Origin: Azolla caroliniana
Lineage: Eukaryota; Plantae; Polypodiophyta
DNA length: 64,000 nucleotides
Direction: 5' to 3'
NCBI GenBank assembly: GCA_043228905.1
Contig: JBHGNT010000016.1
Location: 2,604,001 to 2,668,000 of the forward strand
Positions 37,527-50,579 of the stretch are shown here, in pieces. The notes beneath the pieces are model-generated. The model saw nothing but the letters and a program-made list of their open reading frames with translations, had not been told where the DNA came from and ran no database searches. The position numbers and the translations under genes were made by a program. The first letter of the stretch is position 1, and every line of letters starts with the position of its first letter.

Positions 37527-39955
37527 TTAGAGGAAAAGCTTGGCATTACATGCGACTGCTTGTGCCCAATGCCGCAATCTTCCTTTCACATCTTTGGGGT
37601 CATCACCTACCGAAACAAATCCAACAAGAGGCTAACATCATGGGATTAAAACTCAAAGTCTCCTCGTCAAAAACATGCATTTATGTACATACATTCATAA
37701 ATACACACACACACACATGCATCGATACATACATAAATACATTCACACACACATACATACATATAAACATACACACATACAAACATGCATACACACACAC
37801 ACACATACATGCATCCATAAATATATTCATACACACACATACATATAAACATACATAAATATATAACATACATACATACATTAACACATACACACACACA
37901 CATGCATACATACATACATTTACACATACATGCATATGTGTATGTTTATATGTATGCATTTGTGTACATACATAAATATATAACATACATACATACATTA
38001 ACACATACACACACACACATGCATACATACATACATTTACACATACATGCATATGTGTATGTTTATATGTATGCATTTGTGTACATACATAAATATATAA
38101 CGTACATACATACATACATTAACACATACACATACACATACGCATGCATACATACATACATTTACACATACACATACACATACATGCATATGTGTATGTT
38201 TATATGTATGCATATGTATACATACATAAATATATAACATACATACATACATTAACACATACACATACACACACACACATACATACATACATACATTAAC
38301 ACATACACATACACACACATGCATGCATGCATGCATACATTAACACATACATCCATACATATGTACATATATGCAGGCATGCATGGTCAGGTACATACAC
38401 ACACGGACACACCAATCAGAGTCAAATCAATATGTATGCAGATCTCCTTGCGTGTAATGAATGCATGCATAATCAAAATGACCAAATGCAAATTAAACAA
38501 ATCTAAACCCTGATTGATCAGGGCCCTAAACCTTAACCAATGAAACCCTAAAAGAAGGAACAAAAAGAAGCACATACCAGGGCTAGAAATCCTCCAAGTT
38601 GGGGTGGAAGGAGAGGATATGGGCGGTGAAGAAGCAGAAGCAGAAGCAGAAGAAGAAGATGGTGCTGCAATGGTGATGAGGGGAGGTTGGAATGGCAGGC
38701 TATGGCTATTATTAGGGTTAGGGTGGACAGAGGAGGTGTGGGTCTTGGCCTTGGCTTGTGTCGGAGAGTCATGGACGAGGTTCTGTGCCACGGCACAGTA
38801 GACCTGCAGCGCCGGCAAGGTCTCACACAGCTCCGCCGGCACAGATGCGTGGTCGAAGCCGAACCCTAGGTCGATGCAGCCCTTCAGCTCCTCGAAGTCT
38901 TCGTCTGTCAGGCTTCGGTTTCGGGTTCGATTCCCTCCTCTCCCATTCCCCACTCCCATCGGACTGCAAATCCTTCTTCTTGATGATGATGATGATGATG
39001 ATGATGGCGATGGCGATGGCGTTCTTGATGAAGACATTGTTGACGATCTGTGTGCTTCTGCTGCTTCTTCTTCTTCTTCTTCTGCTTCATCTGTTCTTCT
39101 TCCCTTCATTGCCCCACAACAATCTGATGAGCTTCTTCCTAGCTCAGCCAAGCTGTTTTTCTTACACACTTTCTTCATCAGATTCTCCTCGCTGCCTCTG
39201 ATGAGATTGACGGATCCACTCTCCTCCTTATTTAGCATGACCTCTCTCTTCCGCTCCCATGCTTCAGCTAGCAGGCTCTCTCTCACTGACACACAAGCTT
39301 TCCTGCTACTGCCATGTCTTCTTCTTCTTCTGTTAAAGATTGTATTAGGTGATGTGTTTCCCGGGATCTGAGTAGGACTGTGGTTCTCATTGCCATCGCC
39401 ATGATCAATATAGTCATCACCATCAGTATTGTGATGTAAATGGCCATAATTTATCGCTCTTTGGACTGAGCCGTGCATAGTCACGTTTAGAGTAGAGTTG
39501 TCAGAAAGACCTACAGTATTCTCATTAGCATTAATACTAGTGCTGCATCCGCCATAGCCTAAATTGCTCAGATCACATAAGGGCTCCGCTCCTCCTTTGA
39601 AAACAGTCAGGGGCTTCCTTCCTTTTGCAAGATCCATGGAAGCAGCAGAAGAAGAAGGGACCTTCATCGAAGCTCCACCATTACCTCCATCATTATCAAT
39701 GAGTGGGAACTCTTCGTCTGCGCCATCATCGTCAAGGGACTCGGCATCATCACTCCATGAATCCCGAAAACTATCTTTAATATGATGAGGATGATGACTG
39801 GGGACGAGATTAGCAGGACAGGTGAGATTGTTGCCGTTGTGAGGAGAGGAGAGGCAAAGGCTCTCGAAGGAGAGATGTGGGCTAAAGGTAGTAATAGTAG
39901 CAGCAGTTGTAGCAGAAGAAGAAGAAGCAGTAGAGAGGGATTTAGAAGAAACCAT
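37527..39955 (-). CDS. DUF1685 family protein, ~485 aa; exons 39955-38578 and 37606-37527
   Basis: RSLTDEDFEELKGCIDLGFGFD....ELCETLPALQVY and WRISSPG|DDPKDVKGRLRHWAQAVAC are the DUF1685 signature blocks; EAWERKR lies upstream. GT-AG intron, 1458 nt in frame. Confidence 0.88.
37677..38405. repeat. Compound (CA)n/(CATA)n microsatellite with ~120 bp higher-order repeats in the DUF1685 intron
   Basis: Directly visible; the block TACATGCATATGTGTATGTTTATATGTATGCAT recurs three times. Confidence 0.9.
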
Positions 39956-40097
39956 GGTTTCTTGAGCTAGTAGGGTAGACAGAGATCAAACAGTAGAATG
40001 TATGGAGAAGAAGTAGCCAATTGTCTCATCTCTATCACTCGCTCCAACACAAACAGAGCAGGATGGAGGAATTAACACAGGAAACAGTGTCAGAAAC

Positions 40098-40144
<47 letters not shown>

Positions 40145-42442
40145 CATACAGAAACAGAGAGAAGAGGGGGCTTGGAATGAAGACCACAGTCACTCCACAA
40201 CTCTCTCACTTCTTTACTGCTAAACCACTCATGGTCCCACCACACACACACACACATTCAAAGCTCATACATACATACATACATACATACATATAAATGA
40301 TATACACTCCAAGCTTTGTCTCACAAAACCCACCCCTCCCGTTCTTGACCAAATGACTTGACCATTGACTGACTAACTACCCCTCCTTGACTAGGTTTCA
40401 TGAGGTTGATTGTAGACCCACCCTTGACCACGATACACTTGCCGTGATCATCGTGACTGGTCTTGTGTGTAGACTATTTTCATAATCCCATACACATGAC
40501 CCCATATAACTCGATGTGCGTCCATTATTTGTTCATTACACCCTTATCCAGTGCATTGGTATTATGATGGTGGCCATGGTTTCGCCTTTTGGGCAACCAT
40601 CATACATCCTTTTCATTGCATGTGTTATGGTGAGCATCGATCCGTATACAAACTTTTCATTATTAAATGTTCCAATGAGAAATTGAAATGTTGCATCGAT
40701 TTCAAAAACATCATGAGGTTTGAACCTCATGATGTTTGGATATATTACATACACCTTATGTTTCTCTGTTATGTTGGTCAATACTTCTAAGAAAATAGGG
40801 AATATTGTGTGCATCCACATTGAAGTATTCAACCATTTAAGCCAATTGAGATTTTACCAATACAAATTGTGACTTGTTTGATTGGATATTATTACACACA
40901 ATACACCTTAATATATAGATTATAGTGCACTAAACATTGTAAATTATAAATGGATTGTGTTGTGTTTCACAATTTGAAATCCCAATGAAAGTAAAGTGGC
41001 CAACATGGAGCAACCGTTTGGATCCTTCTTTAAACCATTAAATCTATTATTGTGTGCATTATTAGTGTTTGGGAATCCAAATGTCATAACGGGATATTTT
41101 CTAGTGCTTCCATGAGATACATAGTTGTTAAGTTTTCTTCTTTTGGATGAGGCACTTGAAATTCCAAAGCATAATTAGATGTTCTTTACTTGAAAGTCAC
41201 TATTGAGCACATTTTCTTTTTCAACTATACCAATGGACTAGCAACCATAATCTTATCCCTAAATAACATACTTTAATGGTCAATGATCTCATCTAACCTT
41301 GCCATGAAAATATTACATACACAACAATGTAGAGCTTAAGTCAAGGAGATATTTCTTCTCATGGTACAAGTAGATATTTCGGTGATCAATCCACAATATA
41401 CATCATATTTTCCATGAATATGGGAAGGATGTGTGTGGATTCTTTCATTCTAATGGAAGCATCCAATTAATCAAGTTTATAAAACTATCTTCATACTTGT
41501 AAATCTCCACCCAATCAAAGAATAAATTGAACATACGAGGGTAAAAGTCCCATTTCACTCACAAAACCTACATGTAGAACAACACCTAGTCTATGCATAC
41601 ATGTTCACCTTCATTGACAAGCAAATAAGCGAATCCATGATTATTTCCCATTCAATCCCACATGTATTTTACGGGCATCAACTTGTATCTCAATGGTTCC
41701 ACGCTTGCAATTACCAAAACCATGGGGCTATCCACTAGGATTCATAAGATCTCCACTAGGCGTAAATATGGAAGTAAGGAAATTCATATAAACATTATAG
41801 AACGTGACACAACAATGAGTTATCGGAAGTTTTTGTCGATGTGTGTCCCTCTTGAAGAGATGCACGGACACAAGGGACAAGAAACATGGTATTGTTAATT
41901 ATGTATGTATGTAGGAGCATGTGTTGTAATGAGATATGGGGGCGGTTAGTGAGTTGGGGACAAAGGATTTGAGTGTGTTGCTAGAGATCCTGTTCTGTTT
42001 GCAATCTTCAATGAAAGGAGGTCTCGAGCTCAAATCCACACAAACAAACATTCAATTAAGGAAATAATTTTCAACCATTTCATTTTGGGAGGGAAAAGAA
42101 ACAACAAGAAGAAGGAAAATAACATTCAAATAACGATCTGAATAATAAATATATCACATTTCAAAAAAGAAAAAAGCGAGTAAAATAAATAATTAAATAA
42201 TTAGAATAGGGAAGAGTTGGTTACATTTCAATAAATAGTCTCTTTGTTTTTTGAATTCGATTGAATAATTCTGTCGTCTAGTTCTTCCTTTTCGTCTTCT
42301 TTTTCATTTTCATGATAAATAAGTTTTTTGTTTTATTATGTACTTCCTAACAAATAACAATAACAATAATAATAATAATAGTATGTAATATGTACATATA
42401 GACTGGTTTATTTTGATATGGCCGCCGTGCCCAAAATAAGAT

Positions 42443-42474
<32 letters not shown>

Positions 42475-44277
42475 ACAAAGCAGCTCAAGGGGAGAAGTTA
42501 GAACGGACCAATAATGCTGACGTGGCGGTGCGGCGGCCGACGCTGACGTGGCGGCGGCAGTCCAACGGTCGGCTGCCGAACGGCCAAGTTTTCAAATCCT
42601 GTTTTCCATCTCTTGCTTTCCAATTCGATTTTATTTCGATTATTTATTTAAAGTTTTTCTTTTGCTTTTGTTGCGGTGTATTTATTTCTACTGCTGTTCA
42701 AAAAAAAAGATGAAACTTGTCACCCATTCAAAAAACTAAATATGTCAAAACGCGAGTTTTTTAATTTCTGATTTTCGAAAAAAGAAGAAGAAAAATGGCC
42801 CCAGTCCCCCATTCAAAAATATACAGTAGAATTAAAAAATTATGTCACCCCAATTTGAAATTGAGAGAAAAAAGGAGCCCAACCTTCCTTCTCATTCTCT
42901 CGAGCAAACCCTCTCTCTCGATTCTCACTAGCCGTGCGTCGATTTTATCGTCCCACTCACTCGTTCCCTCGTCTTTTCCGTACATGTTCTTTCACAAAAT
43001 CATCGGTCGACTCTTTGTGTTGTTCTCACAAGGCTTCACTGCACGACTACCCTCTTATAATGGGCCCGGAGACCTTGGCTTTTTGTTGGTTCTTGCCATA
43101 TGTGTGTCAGTTTAGGCTGTAAATGTTGGGGACCATGGGCTTTTGTCTGTGTTTTGTCTATGCCTGCTGCTTCGACATCTCTTTGCTCAACCCACTAGGA
43201 AAGCACAACTAGGACAAATTCCTAGAAGAGGTTCTCGTAGAGACAATTCATCCTTGCAAATCCTTTTGGAAGCGAGGAGGGGTATTCGCACCAAATAACG
43301 GCTCGTTGAATTCAAACAAAACTCATCTTTTTTCGGGAATAAAAGCTTTGCCTTTTGAACCAACCTTCACACGTCTAGCATCAAATTACATCATTGAACC
43401 CATCGTACACTAAAAATCACCACCCTGATTACATTGTTTTTTCATCACTTCATCAACTCAACCGAATTTCGGAAACCATCAAAAAATTAGAATAAGAAGT
43501 ATAGGCATGTTTGTGTTTTTGTTGTCCATTTTATGAAATGCCTTTGTACCTAAAACCATGTTGCATATTTTGTGTTTTTCTGAGTTTCATGTTGCAACTT
43601 ATCTCAAACTTGCAATTTAGCAATTTCGCAAAACAACAAACCCAATAAGGCCAAACAATATAAGGTGTGTTTCCAATGAGAGACTTTCAAATAGAAACGT
43701 AAATAGCTTGAGCAAGGTTTTGTTCACGAGTATGTACTTGGGATGGAAAATATGTTTAAAATTCTTCCCTTATCAATTTAGATTCTTGAATTTACTCTAG
43801 GAACTTAGTTCCAATTTTTGTTTCTACCATAATTTGTGATTATGGGTTTCATATGCCACAATGTAATTGTTGAAAAATAACGTTCTTGAAAAGGGCATAT
43901 TCATGTTTATTGGATGGAAATGTTAGTTATTATGCCAAAAAATAGATAACGTGCTTATAGTGAACACATCTAAACAATGGAGGAGACAAAGACTATGTTA
44001 TGTAAGCAGAGCAGCTAAGGACGATTGATAAAGAGGGCACGATACAACTAGAGCTCTGGCTCATGTGTTTCCAAGCAAACTCATGCATATACATTTCAAA
44101 GGCTTGAAGTAAAGAACACGCCTTAGAACACGTTGTTTCCGATAATACATAAGATTGAATGTTGTCCTTCTAACTCACTTTCTCCATCGACTACTATTTT
44201 ATTTTGGGAATAAATACTAAAAATAAATTAGTGGTATCAAATAATTGAGAAAAATGATGTAAAACTCAAAATTGATC

Positions 44278-47200
44278 TTTTTTTTTTTTTTTCTTCAATA
44301 GTATTAAGAAAAAACTCCCAAAGGCTACAATTTGAGCTTGTCTACCCAGAAGCTTACCACTTTTTATGTACAATGATGTACATTAATCCTAAGACCAAAG
44401 CCAGAAGATAGGACTTTGTAGAAGGTGTTGGAATTTGCTGATGCACACTGCCATGATTTACTAATATTCAAGAAAGGAGCCAAGGAAGTCGATAGTGCCA
44501 TTGAGGCCGTTGAGTTGACTCTGTAAATAGGGACAACTTTTTCCATAAGTGAAGAAGCTTCTTCTTTCTCTTGTTCAGTCTCTAGGGAACCATTCATATT
44601 GTCATACTGGCCATGGACTACTACCAGCAAGTTCTCCCATATCTCAAGCAAGACATCTGAGAGATGCAAATCTGCCGCATCATAAAGTCGATTACATCGA
44701 CATTTCCATAATGCCCATAACGTTATCATAGTCACTGTATTCCAAACCTCGACATATTGCACCTGCTTTCGAGGTTGCTGAAAGGGGCTAACTAATATCA
44801 AACTTCTATTATGTACCATCATTGCCTCCCGAACATCATCTGCCTCATACAACATCAAGCTAGAATGTAACACTCCCCACATCGCCAATCCCCATGAAAA
44901 TAGGCAGCCGACATTGATTGTTGAGAATAACGAAAGGACTTTATTCCATACTTGTTGAGCCAAGGGACAGGACCAGAGGACATGCTTGGTAGTCTCTTGA
45001 GCTTTATGACAAAAGCCACATTGCCGAAGATTGGGTATTACATTCCCTTTCAATGAATGACCAACTGGTAATAATGTATGCACTTATAGCCATCTGAAGA
45101 GAATAAATTTAGTTGGCCCCTTAAATGACCAAATCCATCTCTAGTAGATTTTCAAATGCAAGGTTGAGACCCCCCAGGTGGTCCAATGTTTCTAAGCAGC
45201 TAGTATAGTTGCATTCCAAGAGAGCAATAATGATCTTCCAAGTTTTAATGAGTACTGAAAGAAGGGAACCTTTACGATCTGTTCCCCCAAGGAATGTAAC
45301 CAAAACCAACCCCCCAAATCCCATGTTAACCTTGCAACATGGTCTTTTGCGTATAACCATAACATATCACACATATGAGCAGTTATTGAAGGATAAGGAC
45401 CGAGCATCCATTTCTTTCTAGTTTTAGCAACCACTCTGATTGGTGCGCATTGCAAGTGCTGTAGCTAACTGCAATCAAAGGTATAAGGCTGTAAACTATG
45501 GTTGTCTAGGACTTGAAAATAAGAAGCGCACTTGTTAGGTGAAACACCCTTGACAACCATTAATGTGTCATTTATGAAGCATCCAAACCACAGGTGTTCC
45601 TACTTGGGTTGGAAGGTTGTAGTAAACTAAGAATATGATGATGATATGCTAGCAATCATTATCTTGGCACCATGAACATATTGTAAATGTGCAAGATGAT
45701 CTTCTTGTGGCATTTACTGAAATTGAGTCCAAGTTCTTACATATGCACTTGGCCCACTATCCAATTTACCCGAGGCAAGGCGAGTTCTCAGGCCCAACAT
45801 TTTTCTTGCATTATCCCGAAATAAAGAATTGGCAAGAAGAGGCTGATTGAGTAGTGCATCCCACGTAGAAGGCATGTCCTTAGGCAAGAATGACTTAATC
45901 ACATCCCATGCCCTTATGATTCCTAGCAAAAATCTATTGGATGCAAGATCTCACCTTACTGTTTGCACATCATTCAAGAACAACCACTTTAAAGAGGGTG
46001 ACCAAAATCCTCCTTAGGACTGAATTGCATCAACTGATTTAGAAATATTCCTTTCCAAGCTTATGATCCTAGAGGCAATCCTTTGATCATAAACTTAGTC
46101 AAGAGGGATCTTGATTGTATCAAAGGATCTATCGAACCCAACCCTCCATTGCTTTTCAGTTGAATTAAAACATTCCAAGCAACTTTGGCTACTATTGGAG
46201 ATCCCTGCCCCCCCCCCCCCCCCCCAAGAGGAAATTACGGATCAAGCTTTGCACTTTCGTTATTGTAGATCTAGAAAATAACCAAACAGATGCTATAAAC
46301 CACATTGAAGCCAACAATACTGAGTTTGCTACTACAACTCGACCTGCAAATGACAAATTTTGGGCATCCCAATATAGTAGTTTACGTTTTATTGACAACA
46401 GTAACGACGATAACATTGCTTCTGGCCTCAAATCTATACCAACCACACATCCCAAATATCGAACTAGTTCACCATGGTGAAGCCATTGGAAAGGAGGACC
46501 TGGATACCATGCATGGTGAGTTTCTTTTCCCACCCAAAGTCCAACTGACTTATTCCAGTTGAGTGATGCACTTGTAGCATTTGAGAAAACTTGCAGAGCA
46601 TCTTGTACCCGGTTGAGATTACCAATCTCCCCGTCAACGTAGAGGGTCATGTCATCTGCAAACTCAACATCCAATACAATAGGTTGTGTAATAGGTAATG
46701 CTATGCCTTTTATACCAGCCAAAGACAATCTTAGTTAGGAGGACAAAGCTTCCCCAAACAATATAAAAAGAAAAGGGGCAAGAGGGCATCCTTGCCTAAC
46801 AGACCTAGAGATAGGACATAGTGGCCCATATCCTACAACAAAGAAAACAGAACTAGAAGCATGCATGATAGGGTGGAAACACCTTTTATCCATGCAACAA
46901 GAAAACCTAATCTTGACAACACCACCTCAAGAAAGTCCCAATCCACTTTATCATAAGCCTTCTCAAAGTCAAGCAATAATACTGCAAGATATTGTTTATT
47001 TTGCTGAGCTAATGCAAGCATTTCCCAGAACAAAAAGATGTTATAAAAAATACTTCTATCTTGTAGAAAACTAGATTGTGTGCCATGAATAATAGATGGC
47101 AACAACGATCGTAATCTAAGAGCAATGGTTTTTGCCACAATATTATACACTTCATTAAGCAATGTTATTGGCTGCCACTTGGTGACATCATCACACTGGG

Positions 47201-49560
47201 CATCCAACTTAGGAATCATATATATGATTCCTTTTGTCCATTCTGTAAACATATTACCGCTTGTGAATATTAATGTAAAGAATCGGGTATGATTCTATGC
47301 AGCGGGGGAGAGATGTGTATTATGTGTGTGTGTGGAAAGAGGAGAGGAGATGAGAGAAGAGAGACACAAGATAGATAAGAGAAAATGACGTACTCAAGAA
47401 GAAGGTGTATATTAACAAGGAGAATATAAAATACAAAAATGTAGTATTACAAGGGAGGACAATAGACTCTATAAAAAGTAGGAGGGTGCTTTATATAAGG
47501 TCACCCTCTCACTTCATTAACTCACTACAACACCCACTTTCTCGCTAGAACTTTGGTGAATGTGAAGAGTCATTAGTCATGGGGAATATAGAACTAATTA
47601 GTTATGTGTCATAGAATATGAATTTATGACACATAGTTAATGTGTATAAAGTAGTGGTGACTTTTGACCTTTGATTGCTCATAGATTCTCAAAGGGTGTG
47701 TTCACACTAGACTAGGTTGAGCTTGATTCTCAACAATTAAATTAACCACTCTAGTAAGTGGTTGGACCAAGAAAATCCCAATAATGCAAATAGAAGCCAA
47801 CTCCTATTCCATCTTTTCTCGGACAAACATCCTTACCTAAGGATTTAGCTGCAAAAAAAACCTCATGATATGTAAATGGTTGCAATAAATGGGATGCCAT
47901 TACACATGTAACCTTTTGTTGAACAATTGCAAGGACAACTTACATTGTAAAGATTATCAACAGAAAAAATTTCAGCAGACAACAATTGGTGATAATAATT
48001 CGAGACTATACATCACATCTTAGAGTCATCTGATGTATAACCTCTTAAAAGAAGTAATAGAAATTTGAGGTTTATTTTTGCGTATAAACTGATTGAAGAA
48101 TTCATTATTGACACGATCCTGCCTTTGTGACCATTGAGCAACATTATGGTAGTAAAAGAACATCGAGCGTGCTTCCTGTTGTTCTTTTAGAATGCTTTTT
48201 ACTCATGGCCGCAAATCACAACGTAGCATAGATTAAGTTGGATACCTTTCCAATAGTTGTTGTACTACTGCAAGAGCATGACGCGGGTTGACAATTTTTG
48301 AATTGCAGTGATAAACAAATGTTGAAATTATTTTTGTGAATAGAGTATTTGTATCGAGTATGGCATGAAATGTTACCATATTGCTAAGTAGACAATCATC
48401 CGAGAAGTTGTAATTCGACCATATCTAAGTGATTGACATCCAATGACTATCATCAGATAACAATGAAGGAGGGCTTCACAACTGCTTAGAATATCGTCTC
48501 TTAGTAAATGTCACATGTAACTTCAGAGGGTTATGGTTAGAGATAACTGATCCCGGAATAATTCCTAAGGATCCACCTGCCTCATAAAAAACAATACTAG
48601 CATAAAATCTATCTAGTCGAGACAAATTTGTATCAACCACACTCCCATCTGATCTAGAGAACTGAAGGGATCCTTGTATACGTCAAAATGAATGCATCTT
48701 CCATAAATCAAGCAAATCAAAGGCAAAACAAAAATAATCCCAACACTTAGCCTCCCGTCTTGAAATTGTAGTACTTGTACCTCCCATTTTATCAACAACA
48801 TCCTGAATCATATTAAAGTCACCTCCCACCAACCAACAATCCGCTAAAACTGCATAATCAGAAAGAGATAGCCTTAAACCTGCCCTTTTTGACATAGAAT
48901 TAGGGGCATAGAGATTCATGATGCCAACCTTCTAGGATCCTATTTTTACAATAAGGAATTGTGCCCATTTATTCATAATAGTAGCTACTGACACAATGAT
49001 AGACTGCAATTGTTTTCTAATAGCAATGCATAATCTAGCTTGGCGGTTATTGGGGCCAAAGGCAGGAACCCAGAAATGAGTCCACTGTGCTGGTAAAATG
49101 GAGCCATATTTCCAAATCCTACCCATGCACAGGTGATGCTCTTGTAGAAACAGAATATCAATAATAACAACATTAGAAGTACCTAAATCTGAGTGCAAGA
49201 GTCCTTTAAATATGTGAAAGGCTTGACCACCCAGGAAAGAAGATGTAAGGTTTCCATATTACACAGGTTTAAGTGGTGTCCTTTTCTTAAGAAGAACATC
49301 CTAGCGGCCTTTTTGAGCACCCTCCTCAGCTCTCACTTGTTTTTTAAAAACCAAATAGTTCCTTGCATACTTATGCACCCTATGTTCCTTAACCTGCTTT
49401 TGAGGGATTTGAATTGTCAAAGGAACTAGTGAAACTGTGAATTGAAATCCATCACAAGGGAGTTTATCGGCACCCTTAGACATTTTAACACCCACAATAT
49501 TTGATTGACCAGAAACAAGGTGTTGAGAGATCAAGCTCAACTTAGTTTAGTTAGTTAGTC
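44278..49560 (-). mobile_element. Decayed L1-clade LINE (ORF1 end, endonuclease, RT, zf-RVT, poly(A))
   Basis: DILFLQEHHL, NLYAPN, VGGDFN (APE endonuclease); WQPITLLN..YNIVAK, LLDFEKAYDKVDW, VRQGCPLAP, EFADD (RT); CGFC...ETTKHVLWSC (zf-RVT). A T-run at 44278-44292 is the poly(A) tail. Many stops and frameshifts. Confidence 0.9.
47274..47735 (-). mobile_element. Solo LTR (462 bp) inserted in the L1
   Basis: TGTAAAG...CTCAACA termini with a perfect 5-bp TSD ATTAA (47269-47273, 47736-47740). TATA on the minus strand. L1 coding sequence is collinear on both sides. Confidence 0.88.
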
Positions 49561-49565
49561 AACCA

Positions 49566-49852
49566 TGTAACTTTGTAGTATCCTAGATAGAATCTAGTTA
49601 GAAGTGTTGACTATAACGACTTAAATAGGACCTTGTACTTAAGTAAGATATTCTAGATCCTCCACTCCCAAGGTCATTTAATATAGGACTTACACGGTTG
49701 TACCTATATTCTCCTCACACATGTGCACCCTTGCACATGAGATCTATATATACCTCATTGATGGTATTTTTGTATTTGATGATGATGATGATGACGATAA
49801 TGCTACTTTAATATAGTTACTCATCCCCCATCTTGTGTTGTTCATAAGTGTA

Positions 49853-49894
<42 letters not shown>

Positions 49895-49985
49895 CACTTA
49901 ATCTTGTGCGTAACTTAATCACATAATTAGGTACTAATTAAACCTTCCTTAATTACTTACCTAATTCTTAACATGGTATCAGAGC
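49566..49985 (+). mobile_element. 5' LTR (49566-49973) plus tRNA-iMet PBS of an LTR retrotransposon whose body is interrupted by the Gypsy
   Basis: TGTAAC...CTTAACA immediately followed by TGGTATCAGAGC; internal TATATATA. Confidence 0.75.
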
Positions 49986-50579
49986 GTGTGGTTTAAAAAA
50001 TTCACTAAACCCACCTGACTCCTTGATTGTGTGTTCGAGACGCTGACGACAAAATCCAGCTATCGGCTACCGTAGTGCCGCTACGTAGCACGTGTACATG
50101 ATTGAAGGAAAAAAAGCAAAAGAAGAGAAGACACTATCAACATGAACACACAAATGGGTAGCTTGCTCCCTAGTGAATGTTAACTCTTAGGGCCGGACAA
50201 TGGCCTAACACAGGGTGTCTACGGAAGACACTTCACCAAAGGGGTGTTACGGCAATAGGATTAGACTCAACGATTAATCCAACTTAATTAGGCTACTTAG
50301 CAAGATCGTCCTTAATAATCACACGCGTAAGATATAACAATGAATGCAGAACGACAATTAACACACAGAGATAAAAACACTAAGCTTTATTAATTAACCG
50401 CTACTCATTACATTGTATCCGGGCCTTTAAATAGGTTTCCGGTCTGTAGTACAAAACGGTGCCATTCGCACCTGTTCGGGATCGGTCCGGATCCGGAACG
50501 GCATACTGATTCCAATCCGTCCGTCCACACTAATAGCTTACTTACAACCATTCCTATTATTTAATTAACTCCTCCGTTT

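Noticed and set aside
37550-38513. His/Thr- and Val/Cys/Met-rich ORFs
   Set aside because: Translations of the intronic (CA)/(CATA) microsatellite.
723-39955. Functional gene cluster (patatin, ZIP4, kinase, glyoxalase, DUF1685)
   Set aside because: The functions are unrelated and there is no shared pathway evidence; this is an ordinary gene neighbourhood.
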